DNA of 64,000 bases from positions 40,649-104,648 of the forward strand of contig DASWWM010000013.1 in NCBI GenBank assembly GCA_036405975.1, given 5' to 3'. The notes beneath the pieces are model-generated. The model had not been told where the DNA came from, did not search any database, and saw only the letters and a program-made list of their open reading frames with translations. Source of the DNA: Minisyncoccota bacterium (GTDB taxonomy: Bacteria; Patescibacteriota; Minisyncoccia; Phycocordibacterales; CAIZLB01). A program made the position numbers and the translations under genes. Position 1 is the first letter of the stretch. Every line of letters starts with the position of its first letter. Shown here piece by piece: positions 37,767 through 45,882 of the stretch.

Positions 37767-39446
37767 GTGAACCGAATCCTCAGCATCTTCCATAAGGAAA
37801 TCGCAGGCATCCATCAGGCTGCCATACTTCTCGGCGCCTTCACGCTTATGTCCCAGATTCTCGCCCTTGTTCGAGACCGAATGCTTGCTCGCTTTTTCGG
37901 GGCAGACCAGGCGCTCGATTTGTATTATACGGCCTTCCGTATTCCGGACCTCATGTATGCCTCAATCGCATCGCTTGTATCAGTATCGGTGCTGATTCCT
38001 TTCTTGAGCCATATCATCGACTCGAAGAAAGGCGAGGCAAAGGCACTCCTTAGCTCCATTTTCACGGTCTTCGTCGCGACCATGGTCCTGGTCTCTGCGG
38101 GCGTATTCGTCGCGATGCCCTGGATCGTCAAAGTCTTCTTCAGCGGACTGGGCGATGCGGCAGCACTCAGCGAGCTGACGGTTCTTGCGCGGATATTGCT
38201 CCTGCAGCCGATCTGCCTCGGCATTTCGAACTTGCTCGGAGCGGTCACGCAGATTGGCAAGAGATTCTTCATCTATGCCCTCAGTCCGATCTTCTACAAC
38301 CTTTCCATCATCTTTGGTCTTGTCGCGCTGTATCCGTCATTTGGCATCAGGGGCGTCATGTACGGCGTAGTGATCGGCGGACTCCTTCATTTCCTGATCC
38401 AGGTTCCGTATATTGCAAAGGAAGGCCTTCTCCCTGGGCTTACGCTTGCTGTAGACTTCAAGAAAGTATTCGAGGTCATCAAGGTCTCTATCCCGCGAAC
38501 CATCGCGCTTTCGGCTAACATGCTCGAGCTTATCGCCATTACGGCATTCGCATCATGGCTCACGGTCGGCTCCGTTTCCATATTCAATCTCGCATTGAAC
38601 CTTCAGTCCGTCCCGTTCGCCATCATCGGCGTCAGCTATGCTCTTGCTGCATTTCCAACGCTCTCAGCATGCTTCGCGAGAGGGGAAAAGGAACAGTTCA
38701 TGACGCATATCGCAACAGCCGCACGGCATATCATTTTCTGGTCAATCCCGATCACTGCGCTGTTCATTGTCCTCCGGGCGCAGATCGTGCGAACCATTCT
38801 TGGCTCGGGATACTTCAACTGGGAAGACACCCGACTTACTGCTGCCTGCTTGGCACTCTTTGTTATCTCGCTTGTTGCACAGGGACTGGAGCTTCTCTTC
38901 ATCCGAAGCTACTATGCAGCAGGAAAGACTTCGAAGCCTCTGGCTATCAATATCATCTCGTCAGCTCTCACCATCTTGCTGCCGTTCTTGCTTCTTAAGG
39001 CCTTCGCTGCATTTCCTGAATTCAGGTATTTCATGGAAAGCCTCTTCAAGGTGGAAGGCATCGCGGGAAGCGAGGTGCTCATGCTGCCTCTCGGCTATAC
39101 CGTCGGAACGCTATTCAACGGCTTGGCCTTCTGGATCATGTTTGAGAAGGACTTTGGAAAGCTTCCGAATCTCACGAAGACGCTCTTCTCAAGCCTCCAG
39201 GCGGCGGTGGCCGGAGGTTTCGCGGCATATATCGGCTTGAACATATTCGACTCATTCTTTGATCTCAATACGCTTTCAGGGATCTTTTCTCAGGGATTCG
39301 TATCGGGCATCATCGGTATCGCCGTTGCCGTCGGCGTATTCAAGCTCTTGGGCAATAGGGAAATAGAGGAGGTTTGGGCCGCAATGAAGCAGAAGGTCAC
39401 TCGAAACAAGATGATCGTTTCTGAGCCGGACAAGATCGAGGTATAG
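37767..39446 (+). CDS. murJ: Lipid II flippase MurJ (MviN)
   Basis: 559 aa, about 14 TM helices. N-terminal block AAILLGAFTLMSQILALVRDRMLARFFGA is typical of MurJ. Confidence 0.8.
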   Translation: MNRILSIFHKEIAGIHQAAILLGAFTLMSQILALVRDRMLARFFGADQALDLYYTAFRIPDLMYASIASLVSVSVLIPFLSHIIDSKKGEAKALLSSIFTVFVATMVLVSAGVFVAMPWIVKVFFSGLGDAAALSELTVLARILLLQPICLGISNLLGAVTQIGKRFFIYALSPIFYNLSIIFGLVALYPSFGIRGVMYGVVIGGLLHFLIQVPYIAKEGLLPGLTLAVDFKKVFEVIKVSIPRTIALSANMLELIAITAFASWLTVGSVSIFNLALNLQSVPFAIIGVSYALAAFPTLSACFARGEKEQFMTHIATAARHIIFWSIPITALFIVLRAQIVRTILGSGYFNWEDTRLTAACLALFVISLVAQGLELLFIRSYYAAGKTSKPLAINIISSALTILLPFLLLKAFAAFPEFRYFMESLFKVEGIAGSEVLMLPLGYTVGTLFNGLAFWIMFEKDFGKLPNLTKTLFSSLQAAVAGGFAAYIGLNIFDSFFDLNTLSGIFSQGFVSGIIGIAVAVGVFKLLGNREIEEVWAAMKQKVTRNKMIVSEPDKIEV

Positions 39447-39501
39447 AAAAACCGCCTAGGGATTCCGGGCGGTTTTTTATTTGAGATTTTTGCCTCGTTT
39501 C

Positions 39502-39858
39502 TTACTGTTTTGCAGCTTCCTTCGGCTCGCCAAGCTTGGTCTTGAACAGCTTGTTCATCGCCCTGATGGCCACGAAGACCGAAAGGCCTACGATGATGAA
39601 GTTCATCAGGCTATTGATGAAGTTTCCGTACTTGATGGCTCCATAGGCGAATGCGCTGAAGTCCGGCTTTCCGAATGCCGTCGCGATAGCTCCGAGAATC
39701 ACGTCCTTCACGAGAGAGTCGACGATGGCATTGAATGCCGTACCGATGACGACACCGACTGCAAGCTCGATAGCATTTCCCTTGATGGCAAAGGTCTTGA
39801 AATCCTCGAAGAAATCCTTCACTCCGTCCTTTGCTGGTGTCAGGTTGATTGGTGTCAT
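39502..39858 (-). CDS. mscL: Large-conductance mechanosensitive channel
   Basis: FKTFAIKGNAIELAVGVVIGTAFNAIVDSLVKDVI is the conserved MscL TM1 region. 118 aa. Confidence 0.8.
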   Translation of the reverse strand: MTPINLTPAKDGVKDFFEDFKTFAIKGNAIELAVGVVIGTAFNAIVDSLVKDVILGAIATAFGKPDFSAFAYGAIKYGNFINSLMNFIIVGLSVFVAIRAMNKLFKTKLGEPKEAAKQ

Positions 39859-39862
39859 TGCT

Positions 39863-40576
39863 TTAGAGGGCTAGGCTTGATGAGTCGGCCGCTTCCGAAG
39901 TTGTAGCGCCTGACTGGCTCGTTACTTCCTCGAAGATTGCCTTGAGCGTCTCGTATCGCTGTGCTCCTCGGATAGCCGTCTTTCCATCGATGATAAGAGT
40001 GGGAGTCGACTGGATGTTCATGGCCTGTGCGTCCTTCGCATCCTGGTCTACAATTGCGTCGTACTTGCTCCTGTTTGCCGTGAAGTCAGCCTTGTACTTT
40101 GAGACATCGAGTCCGATGCTTGCTGCGTACTTGTCATAGAGGGCGATTCTCTCCGGCTGCGAGATTCCGTACTTGGTCCATTCTGCCTGCTGCTCGAAGA
40201 GCATGTCGTGCATTTCCTTGAACTTGCCCTGTTCTCCGGCTGCGAATGCGACTGCTGCCGCTTCCTTTGAGTTCGCATGGATAGGGATGATTCGGAAAGC
40301 GAAGTCTACCTGGTCGCCGTATTCTGCAAGGAACTTCTTGAGTTCCGGCTGAAGTGCTGCACATGCAGGGCATTCGAAGTCTCCGAACTCCACGATCTGG
40401 AGCTTCGGGTCAGCTCCCGTGATTCGAACTGTTTCCGGCCTGATAAGGTTTTCGGCGGTGATAGCCGTGGGTGCCGCGCTTTGCTGCGAGGCCTTTCCTG
40501 CCATTACCATTCCGAAAATGATGACCGCGACGGTGATGACGCCGATGATCGATATGATTTTTGTTTCTGAGTTCAT
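39863..40576 (-). CDS. DsbA/BdbD-like thiol:disulfide oxidoreductase, membrane-anchored
   Basis: Thioredoxin fold with CPAC active site (FGDFECPACAAL). N-terminal TM helix. Confidence 0.7.
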   Translation of the reverse strand: MNSETKIISIIGVITVAVIIFGMVMAGKASQQSAAPTAITAENLIRPETVRITGADPKLQIVEFGDFECPACAALQPELKKFLAEYGDQVDFAFRIIPIHANSKEAAAVAFAAGEQGKFKEMHDMLFEQQAEWTKYGISQPERIALYDKYAASIGLDVSKYKADFTANRSKYDAIVDQDAKDAQAMNIQSTPTLIIDGKTAIRGAQRYETLKAIFEEVTSQSGATTSEAADSSSLAL

Positions 40577-40661
40577 GTGAAGATTATATCAAAAAACCGG
40601 GCCCTAGAAATGGCCCGGTTTATGAAGATTCATGGCCTGGAGCGGCCGGAAAATCCAGAGA

Positions 40662-41117
40662 TTATGCCTGGATTCCTTTCGCCGCTTCTCGCTCGATGAA
40701 CTTCTTTCGCTCAAGCATCAATACGATGATGACTGAGAATGCAGTAAAGGCCAGGAAGGGGATGGTGATGAATCCGAAGATCTCGAAATACCGAGTGGTG
40801 CATGAGACTCCTGCCTCGCATGGAGCGAGCGTATCCGGAATGATCTTGTAATAGAGAAGCACGTGGAATGCCGAGATGCACCATCCGATAAGGGCTGGCC
40901 AGAGCACGAAGTAATGCGTATTCTTGTCTCTCAGCACGATTCCTGTTGCAAGCCCTATCGCCAGAGGGAACATGGCGATTCGCTGATACCAGCAGAGGAC
41001 GCAAGGCTTGAGAAGCATGACGTCGCTGAAGTACATGCTGCCGAGGAATGCCACGATTGCCTGGACTAGGGCAAGATAGAGGGCGTTTTTTCCGATAAAG
41101 TTTCTGAACGTTTGCAT
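40662..41117 (-). CDS. Disulfide bond formation protein B (DsbB/BdbC-like)
   Basis: 4-TM protein with CVLCWYQR (first Cys pair) and a second pair in APCEAGVSC. Start taken at the internal Met. Confidence 0.7.
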   Translation of the reverse strand: MQTFRNFIGKNALYLALVQAIVAFLGSMYFSDVMLLKPCVLCWYQRIAMFPLAIGLATGIVLRDKNTHYFVLWPALIGWCISAFHVLLYYKIIPDTLAPCEAGVSCTTRYFEIFGFITIPFLAFTAFSVIIVLMLERKKFIEREAAKGIQA

Positions 41118-41256
41118 TGGGTTATGATGTTCGTGATAAACTAAGTTGCACGAATACAGTATATATCCGGCGGCCCTTGTTTGTGAAATATGAAGAAATC
41201 CCCGCACCCTGTTGAAAGGGGCGGGGATGGATTGTGACGACTTGCGAGGTTTTGGC

Positions 41257-41634
41257 CTATCGGTTGTCCTGGACCATGATTTTGATCACCCACCCGGCTT
41301 CCACTTGGAAGACGGGATAGAATTGAGTCTGGGTTGTCCCGCTGTGCGCCTCCAGACTTGGCAGGTGCGCCAAGCCTCCTTCTATCAATCTTCTTGTTGA
41401 GGTCATTGAAAGCAGTTCGTAGGCCCTGCGCTGGACCTCATTTCCACATTCGACTTTGATCTGAGCGGGCTCTTTCTGTGGATATTGGCCGATGCTACGA
41501 ATCCACATGATCTCTTGTACAAAAAGCGAGTGGAAGTGGTTCCATGGAATGTTTTCTGCCGTAAATCCGGCATTGGTAATGGCCCGTGTAACTGGGCCGT
41601 GGTCTTGAACTAAGTCTTCTGGTTTATCTGACAT
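41257..41634 (-). CDS. Hypothetical protein, 125 aa
   Basis: ORF with its own downstream hairpin plus T-run terminator at about 41170-41205 on the minus strand. No family recognised. Confidence 0.35.
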   Translation of the reverse strand: MSDKPEDLVQDHGPVTRAITNAGFTAENIPWNHFHSLFVQEIMWIRSIGQYPQKEPAQIKVECGNEVQRRAYELLSMTSTRRLIEGGLAHLPSLEAHSGTTQTQFYPVFQVEAGWVIKIMVQDNR

Positions 41635-41758
41635 GCAATGGATTCAGTGCTGTGTTGGTTGAATGTGCTGGTCTGATCGTGTTCTTGCTGAGAATCAGCG
41701 AGTCGAAATCAGGAAATAATTATAACATATTTAAACGTATATGTAAATATAACTGGAA

Positions 41759-42640
41759 CTACCGCTCTTCTCGGTACTTTTTATTTTTAGTGAACTTGGC
41801 AATTGTCCTCTCTTTTCTAGTCTGAGCGTTTCCTTCAAATATTTGGGACCTGAGCGCTTCAAGTTCGCTTGTTATTTTTGAGAATGCGTCATTTTCTTCG
41901 TTGGCGACGAGCTCAGGATTTGCATAAGCCGGGTCAAATGAGAGCGATGTCGTGACGCTGCGGCCGACTCCTTTTTCAATGGAGTCGGTGTCGGCCGCTG
42001 ACTTTACCTTCGTAGCAATGAATCCGTAAGGGGTGCTGAGCTCGTCCAAAAGTCCTGCAATGAGCTTCGCGGTCTTGATGCTGTGAGGGGTGTTCTCAAC
42101 GCAGATGTAAGCCATGTCGAAGCCACTCGGAATTCCTGTGCCCACGCTATCTGAACTTGCTTTTTCATCAACTACTACGAACTCATTTTCTTCAAGCTCT
42201 ACGAGTGGCAGATATACTTTCATGGATGTTGCAAGCTGATGGCTGCAGCCGCCGCCTTGGACAAGCTGTTCGGGATGCGGGCCCATTGCCATAAGCTTCA
42301 GATTCGGTTTTATTTCTTGCGAATACTTTTCGCTGAATGGATCGGTGTTTCCGAATGGCTTGAAAGTTGGAATCGAGTATGAATCTTTTGTAAAAAGATC
42401 ATCGTAAAAATCTCCGGGAAGGATTGCCGATTGCTCATAGATATCTGGACGAGCATTAAGCCCAAGGTATTGAAAATCGGGATGGCTTTCTCCGGAAATG
42501 CCAAAATTGAACATCATGTCCATATTATGGTCGAGATCCAGTGCCATGACCTTGTTTCCTTGGTCGTGCAGAAAACGCGTAAACCTATGGCTTGCTGTGG
42601 ACTTTCCTGAACCTCCTTTTCCCAGAAATCCGATGATCAT
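41759..42640 (-). CDS. MinD/ParA-superfamily P-loop ATPase, CooC-like
   Basis: Deviant Walker A GKGGSGKST at the extreme N-terminus, followed by VMALDLDHNMDM. This resembles the CooC/CbiA-type LAIDADPD block. Confidence 0.6.
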   Translation of the reverse strand: MIIGFLGKGGSGKSTASHRFTRFLHDQGNKVMALDLDHNMDMMFNFGISGESHPDFQYLGLNARPDIYEQSAILPGDFYDDLFTKDSYSIPTFKPFGNTDPFSEKYSQEIKPNLKLMAMGPHPEQLVQGGGCSHQLATSMKVYLPLVELEENEFVVVDEKASSDSVGTGIPSGFDMAYICVENTPHSIKTAKLIAGLLDELSTPYGFIATKVKSAADTDSIEKGVGRSVTTSLSFDPAYANPELVANEENDAFSKITSELEALRSQIFEGNAQTRKERTIAKFTKNKKYREER

Positions 42641-42768
42641 TTTTGTTTGGGATTATTTATAAAAATTCTTGTATATAAAAACCCTGCACTGCCGGTTGGC
42701 AGGGCAGGGGAAGGCATTTCATCCTTCAGTTAACGGCACGTATGGACGCGCTGCTGGTGCTGCTGCAA

Positions 42769-42936
42769 TTAGCAGCCTGGGCAGCTCGAGTCGCCGCAGC
42801 TGCATGGTGCCATGCTGCCGCCGTCGAGGCGCGGGCCGTGACGGAGCAGGCGGGGCAGCTTGGACAGGGCGGCTTTGAGCGTAGCTGGAAGCACAGAGCG
42901 GTTTGCTGTCGGGGGTGGAGTCGGCTGAGTTTTCAT
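42769..42936 (-). CDS. Candidate small ORF (55 aa, Cys-rich C-terminus) inside an anomalously GC-rich segment. Coding status uncertain.
   Basis: MKTQPTPPPTANRSVLPATLKAALSKLPRLLRHGPRLDGGSMAPCSCGDSSCPGC, with a TAA stop. It is followed on the minus strand by hairpin 42682-42710 plus TTTTT. Overlapping ORFs exist in other frames. Confidence 0.3.
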   Translation of the reverse strand: MKTQPTPPPTANRSVLPATLKAALSKLPRLLRHGPRLDGGSMAPCSCGDSSCPGC

Positions 42937-43035
42937 GGGTGCTGAGTTTCGATTTGTACAATGCCATTCATTTCGCAAGTCAGGGTGACCCGGAGATTCA
43001 TGGGTGCATTCAAGATAGCATATGATAATTTCAAA

Positions 43036-43050
43036 TGCAACTATATTGCA
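43036..43050 (+). promoter_or_regulatory. Inverted repeat TGCAA-N5-TTGCA upstream of the Fur-family gene (candidate operator)
   Basis: tgcaactatattgca, 41-55 nt upstream of the ATG at 43091, in an AT-rich stretch containing GATAAT. Confidence 0.25.
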
Positions 43051-43090
43051 ATGGAGACATTGGACGGGCATTGTGATAGGCTTATTGCAT

Positions 43091-43609
43091 ATGGTAAAGG
43101 CATTAGACAAAACCGGGATAAGGCCAGAACATGAGCAGATTCTGGTCAAGGCTGGATACAAGCTTACGAAGCCGAGGAGGCTTATATTGAATGCGCTTTA
43201 TGAAAGCGAAGGCCTCGCTTCGGCTGATGATATTTGGGAAGCTCTCAAACGAGACGCCGTTGACCGAGTTACGGCATACCGAACGCTTGGCCTATTTGAG
43301 CAGCTTGGCATAGTGAGACATGCGATGTCTCGAAGCGGAATCAAAGTATACGAAGTGGCTCATCATCATGAGCACGCTGATCACTGCCACCATGCCGTAT
43401 GCGAAGGCTGCGGTGTTACTGAACATATTGATGATCCTGAAATCGAAAAGGCTTTGGAACTGCTCGCGCGAAAACTTAAAAAGGTCAAATTCGTCAAAGA
43501 CCATACCCTTGAATTCTTCGGCGAATGCACGTCATGTCATCCGAAGCGCTCAGTTAAAGTCGCGAATCGGGCTAAGGTTGCTAAGAAGCCGATAGTTAAG
43601 AAGAAGTAA
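43091..43609 (+). CDS. Fur-family metalloregulator (Zur/Fur-like) with a Lys-rich C-terminal tail
   Basis: N-terminal winged-helix RLILNALYES...; metal-site cluster HHHEHADHCHH...CEGCG...C..CH. Start at the internal Met. Confidence 0.75.
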   Translation: MVKALDKTGIRPEHEQILVKAGYKLTKPRRLILNALYESEGLASADDIWEALKRDAVDRVTAYRTLGLFEQLGIVRHAMSRSGIKVYEVAHHHEHADHCHHAVCEGCGVTEHIDDPEIEKALELLARKLKKVKFVKDHTLEFFGECTSCHPKRSVKVANRAKVAKKPIVKKK

Positions 43610-43616
43610 AATCTGC

Positions 43617-44840
43617 ATGAAGAGAATTCTTGTAACAGCCTTTATAGCGCTCGCTTCATTTGCCATTCAGGCGAAGCCTGTTTCTGCCGCAGAATTGATG
43701 CTCGATACACATGAGCTCGTAAAGTCACGAGTTGAAGAAGTATTGTCTCGCGAGGAAAAGGTCATTCCTGGAACTGAAATCGATGCCGTTCACCAGACGC
43801 TTCGCGTAAAAGTTCTCGAGGGTGCCAGCGAAGGCAAGACATTCGATGTTGAAAATGACCGATTCGATTTGCAGCCAGGCGATACGTTCTATCTTCAGAT
43901 TACATCCTATCCTGACGGCCAAACGACATATGCTGTGGCAGAGCCCTATAGAATGACGCCCATCTTTATCTTCGCTGCACTCTTTATCGTCCTGGTACTG
44001 GTATTTGGCGGCATGCAGGGTATCCGCGGACTCCTGAGCCTGTTTGGAAGCCTTTTCGTACTCTTTTATATATTCCTTCCTGAGCTCCTCGCTGGACGCT
44101 CTCCCATACTTCTCAGCCTTGCTGTCTCGTCGCTCATCATTATCCTGGGCTCATACATTACTCACGGATTCAACAAAACTACTACGTCGGCCGTGCTGGG
44201 AATGCTTGCAACCGTTCTCTTCACGGGATTCTTGGCCGTATACGCAGTAAATGTCACAAAGCTTACGGGTTTCTTCTCAGAAGACGTCGTCTATCTGCAT
44301 TTCAATACTGATGGAAAGATAAATATGCAGGGACTTCTTTTGGGTGGAATTCTCATTGGTCTTCTCGGTGTGCTCTATGATGCTGCAATCAGTCAGGCTG
44401 TGGCGATCGAAGAGCTTGCCGTTCATGCTCCGCATCTTTCTAGGAGAAAGCTCTTCGAGCGCGCGATGCGAATCGGCCGGGAGCATATCGGCGCTCTCAT
44501 TGATACGCTGGCGCTTGCATATGTGGGCGCCTCGCTACCGCTCCTGTTGCTGTTCTATTCTTCTGCATCGACTTCGCTCATGAGCATTCTGAATCGAGAA
44601 GACTTTGCCACTGAAATCATGCGAACAATCATCGGAAGCATCGGACTCATTCTGGCCGTCCCGATAACTTCGTTTGTCGCTGTGCTCATGCTTAAGAAGA
44701 AGGATGGTGCCGGAACAAGCGGTCCGCATTCGCATGGAGCTCATAGGCATGATACGAACGACGATGCCGACTGCGACGATCCGATCGGCCATTCTCACGG
44801 CCATGTTTGCGGACATATCAGGAAAGAGCTTGGGAAATAG
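43617..44840 (+). CDS. YibE/F-family membrane protein with a His-rich C-terminal tail
   Basis: Signal peptide, extracytoplasmic domain, then polytopic TM region (YibE/F-like architecture). C-terminus HSHGAHRHD...HSHGHVCGH. Confidence 0.6.
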   Translation: MKRILVTAFIALASFAIQAKPVSAAELMLDTHELVKSRVEEVLSREEKVIPGTEIDAVHQTLRVKVLEGASEGKTFDVENDRFDLQPGDTFYLQITSYPDGQTTYAVAEPYRMTPIFIFAALFIVLVLVFGGMQGIRGLLSLFGSLFVLFYIFLPELLAGRSPILLSLAVSSLIIILGSYITHGFNKTTTSAVLGMLATVLFTGFLAVYAVNVTKLTGFFSEDVVYLHFNTDGKINMQGLLLGGILIGLLGVLYDAAISQAVAIEELAVHAPHLSRRKLFERAMRIGREHIGALIDTLALAYVGASLPLLLLFYSSASTSLMSILNREDFATEIMRTIIGSIGLILAVPITSFVAVLMLKKKDGAGTSGPHSHGAHRHDTNDDADCDDPIGHSHGHVCGHIRKELGK

Positions 44841-45073
44841 AAAAAAGCTGAGGCCTCTCAAGCGCACCCTCTTTCTTTACAAGAATCGTGAGCTGTTGTA
44901 GCTTATCGGCAGAAACAGGTCTCTAAAAAGGGCAGGTTTGTGTAAGTCGGCACTAGCGTTTTGATCGTCTCGTTGAGGTGGACCGGACGCTATTGCCGAC
45001 TCTTTGAGCTTGGTATGGAAGTCCTGGGCAATTCCGGGCAATCAACGAACCGAACTCAAACTGAAATCAGCCT

Positions 45074-45703
45074 ATGCCACACGAATCATTGAAAACAGCC
45101 ACCGGGGCTCCATTCACGGTCCTTGTCTCGGTAACGGACAAATCCGGCCTCTGTCTCCTGAAGCCTCTTGCCGAACGCGGTGCTCGCTTCGTTTCAACCG
45201 GCGGCACTGCCAGGGCGCTGCGTGAGACCCACGGCATCGATTGCATCGATGTCTCCGTGGTCACTGGCTTCCCGGAAATTCTGGACGGTCGAGTCAAGGT
45301 GCTTCATCCGAATATATTTGGCGGCTTGCTCGCTGATCAGAGGAATCCGACACACATGCAGACGTTGAAGGAATTGGGCATCGGCTTGTTCGATGCAGTC
45401 TTTGTCAATCTGTATGACTTCGCTGGTAACCCCCGCGTTTCCGAAATTGATGTTGGCGGTCCGTCAGCTCTCCGTGCGGCAGCGAAAGCCGGTTTGACCG
45501 TCGTTACGGATGTTAGCGATTACGAAGAGGTCGTCGCTGAAATCTGCGATCGCGGCGGCTGGGTCTCGTCCGGCAAGCGTCTTCAGCTGATTGCGAAGGT
45601 ATTCGACTATACTTCGAAGTATGATGCTGCGATTTGCGAATGGGTCGAAGGCCAAATCATCGAAGGTAAAGATCCTTTCGCTGAGATGGTTTCGCCTCAT
45701 TGA
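45074..45703 (+). CDS. PurH N-terminal (MGS-like IMP cyclohydrolase) domain only, with no AICAR transformylase domain. Either a standalone domain protein or a gene remnant.
   Basis: VSVTDKSGL, STGGTARAL, VTGFPEILDGRVKVLHPNIFGGLL, VFVNLYDFA and IDVGGPSALRAAAK all match the PurH N-domain. The ORF stops after 209 aa. Confidence 0.6.
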   Translation: MPHESLKTATGAPFTVLVSVTDKSGLCLLKPLAERGARFVSTGGTARALRETHGIDCIDVSVVTGFPEILDGRVKVLHPNIFGGLLADQRNPTHMQTLKELGIGLFDAVFVNLYDFAGNPRVSEIDVGGPSALRAAAKAGLTVVTDVSDYEEVVAEICDRGGWVSSGKRLQLIAKVFDYTSKYDAAICEWVEGQIIEGKDPFAEMVSPH

Positions 45704-45732
45704 TACCAGGCAAAAGCTGTATCGTCATTACA

Positions 45733-45762
45733 AAAACCCAGGAACTTTGGTTCCTGGGTTTT
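45733..45762. terminator. Bidirectional terminator hairpin
   Basis: aaaacccaggaac-ttt-ggttcctgggtttt. Confidence 0.5.
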
Positions 45763-45780
45763 CTTATTTATATAAACGAA

Positions 45781-45876
45781 AACAGGGTGGTGGTTACGGA
45801 CTAGCGAGGCTCGACGGAGCGAGCTCAAGGAATTTTCCAGCAGGAAAATATCCGTGTCCGTAACTACCACCCTGTT
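45781..45876. repeat. 21-bp inverted repeat (1 mismatch) with about 54 nt between the arms
   Basis: aacagggtggtggttacggac ... gtccgtaactaccaccctgtt. The spacer contains the palindrome gagcgagctc. Confidence 0.5.
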
Positions 45877-45882
45877 TGAGTT

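Noticed and set aside
42720-42960. The GC-rich island as SRP RNA, tmRNA or 6S RNA.
   Set aside because: I could not find the SRP domain-IV GGAAG..AAGCAGC motif, a tRNA-like 3' end with a tag-peptide frame ending in ALAA, or a 6S-like central bubble. It is left as an open finding rather than assigned.
43022-43090. Using the first ATG (43022) as the Fur-family start.
   Set aside because: The conserved Fur N-terminal helix begins at the Met at 43091. The upstream 23 codons would cover the candidate operator and promoter sequence.
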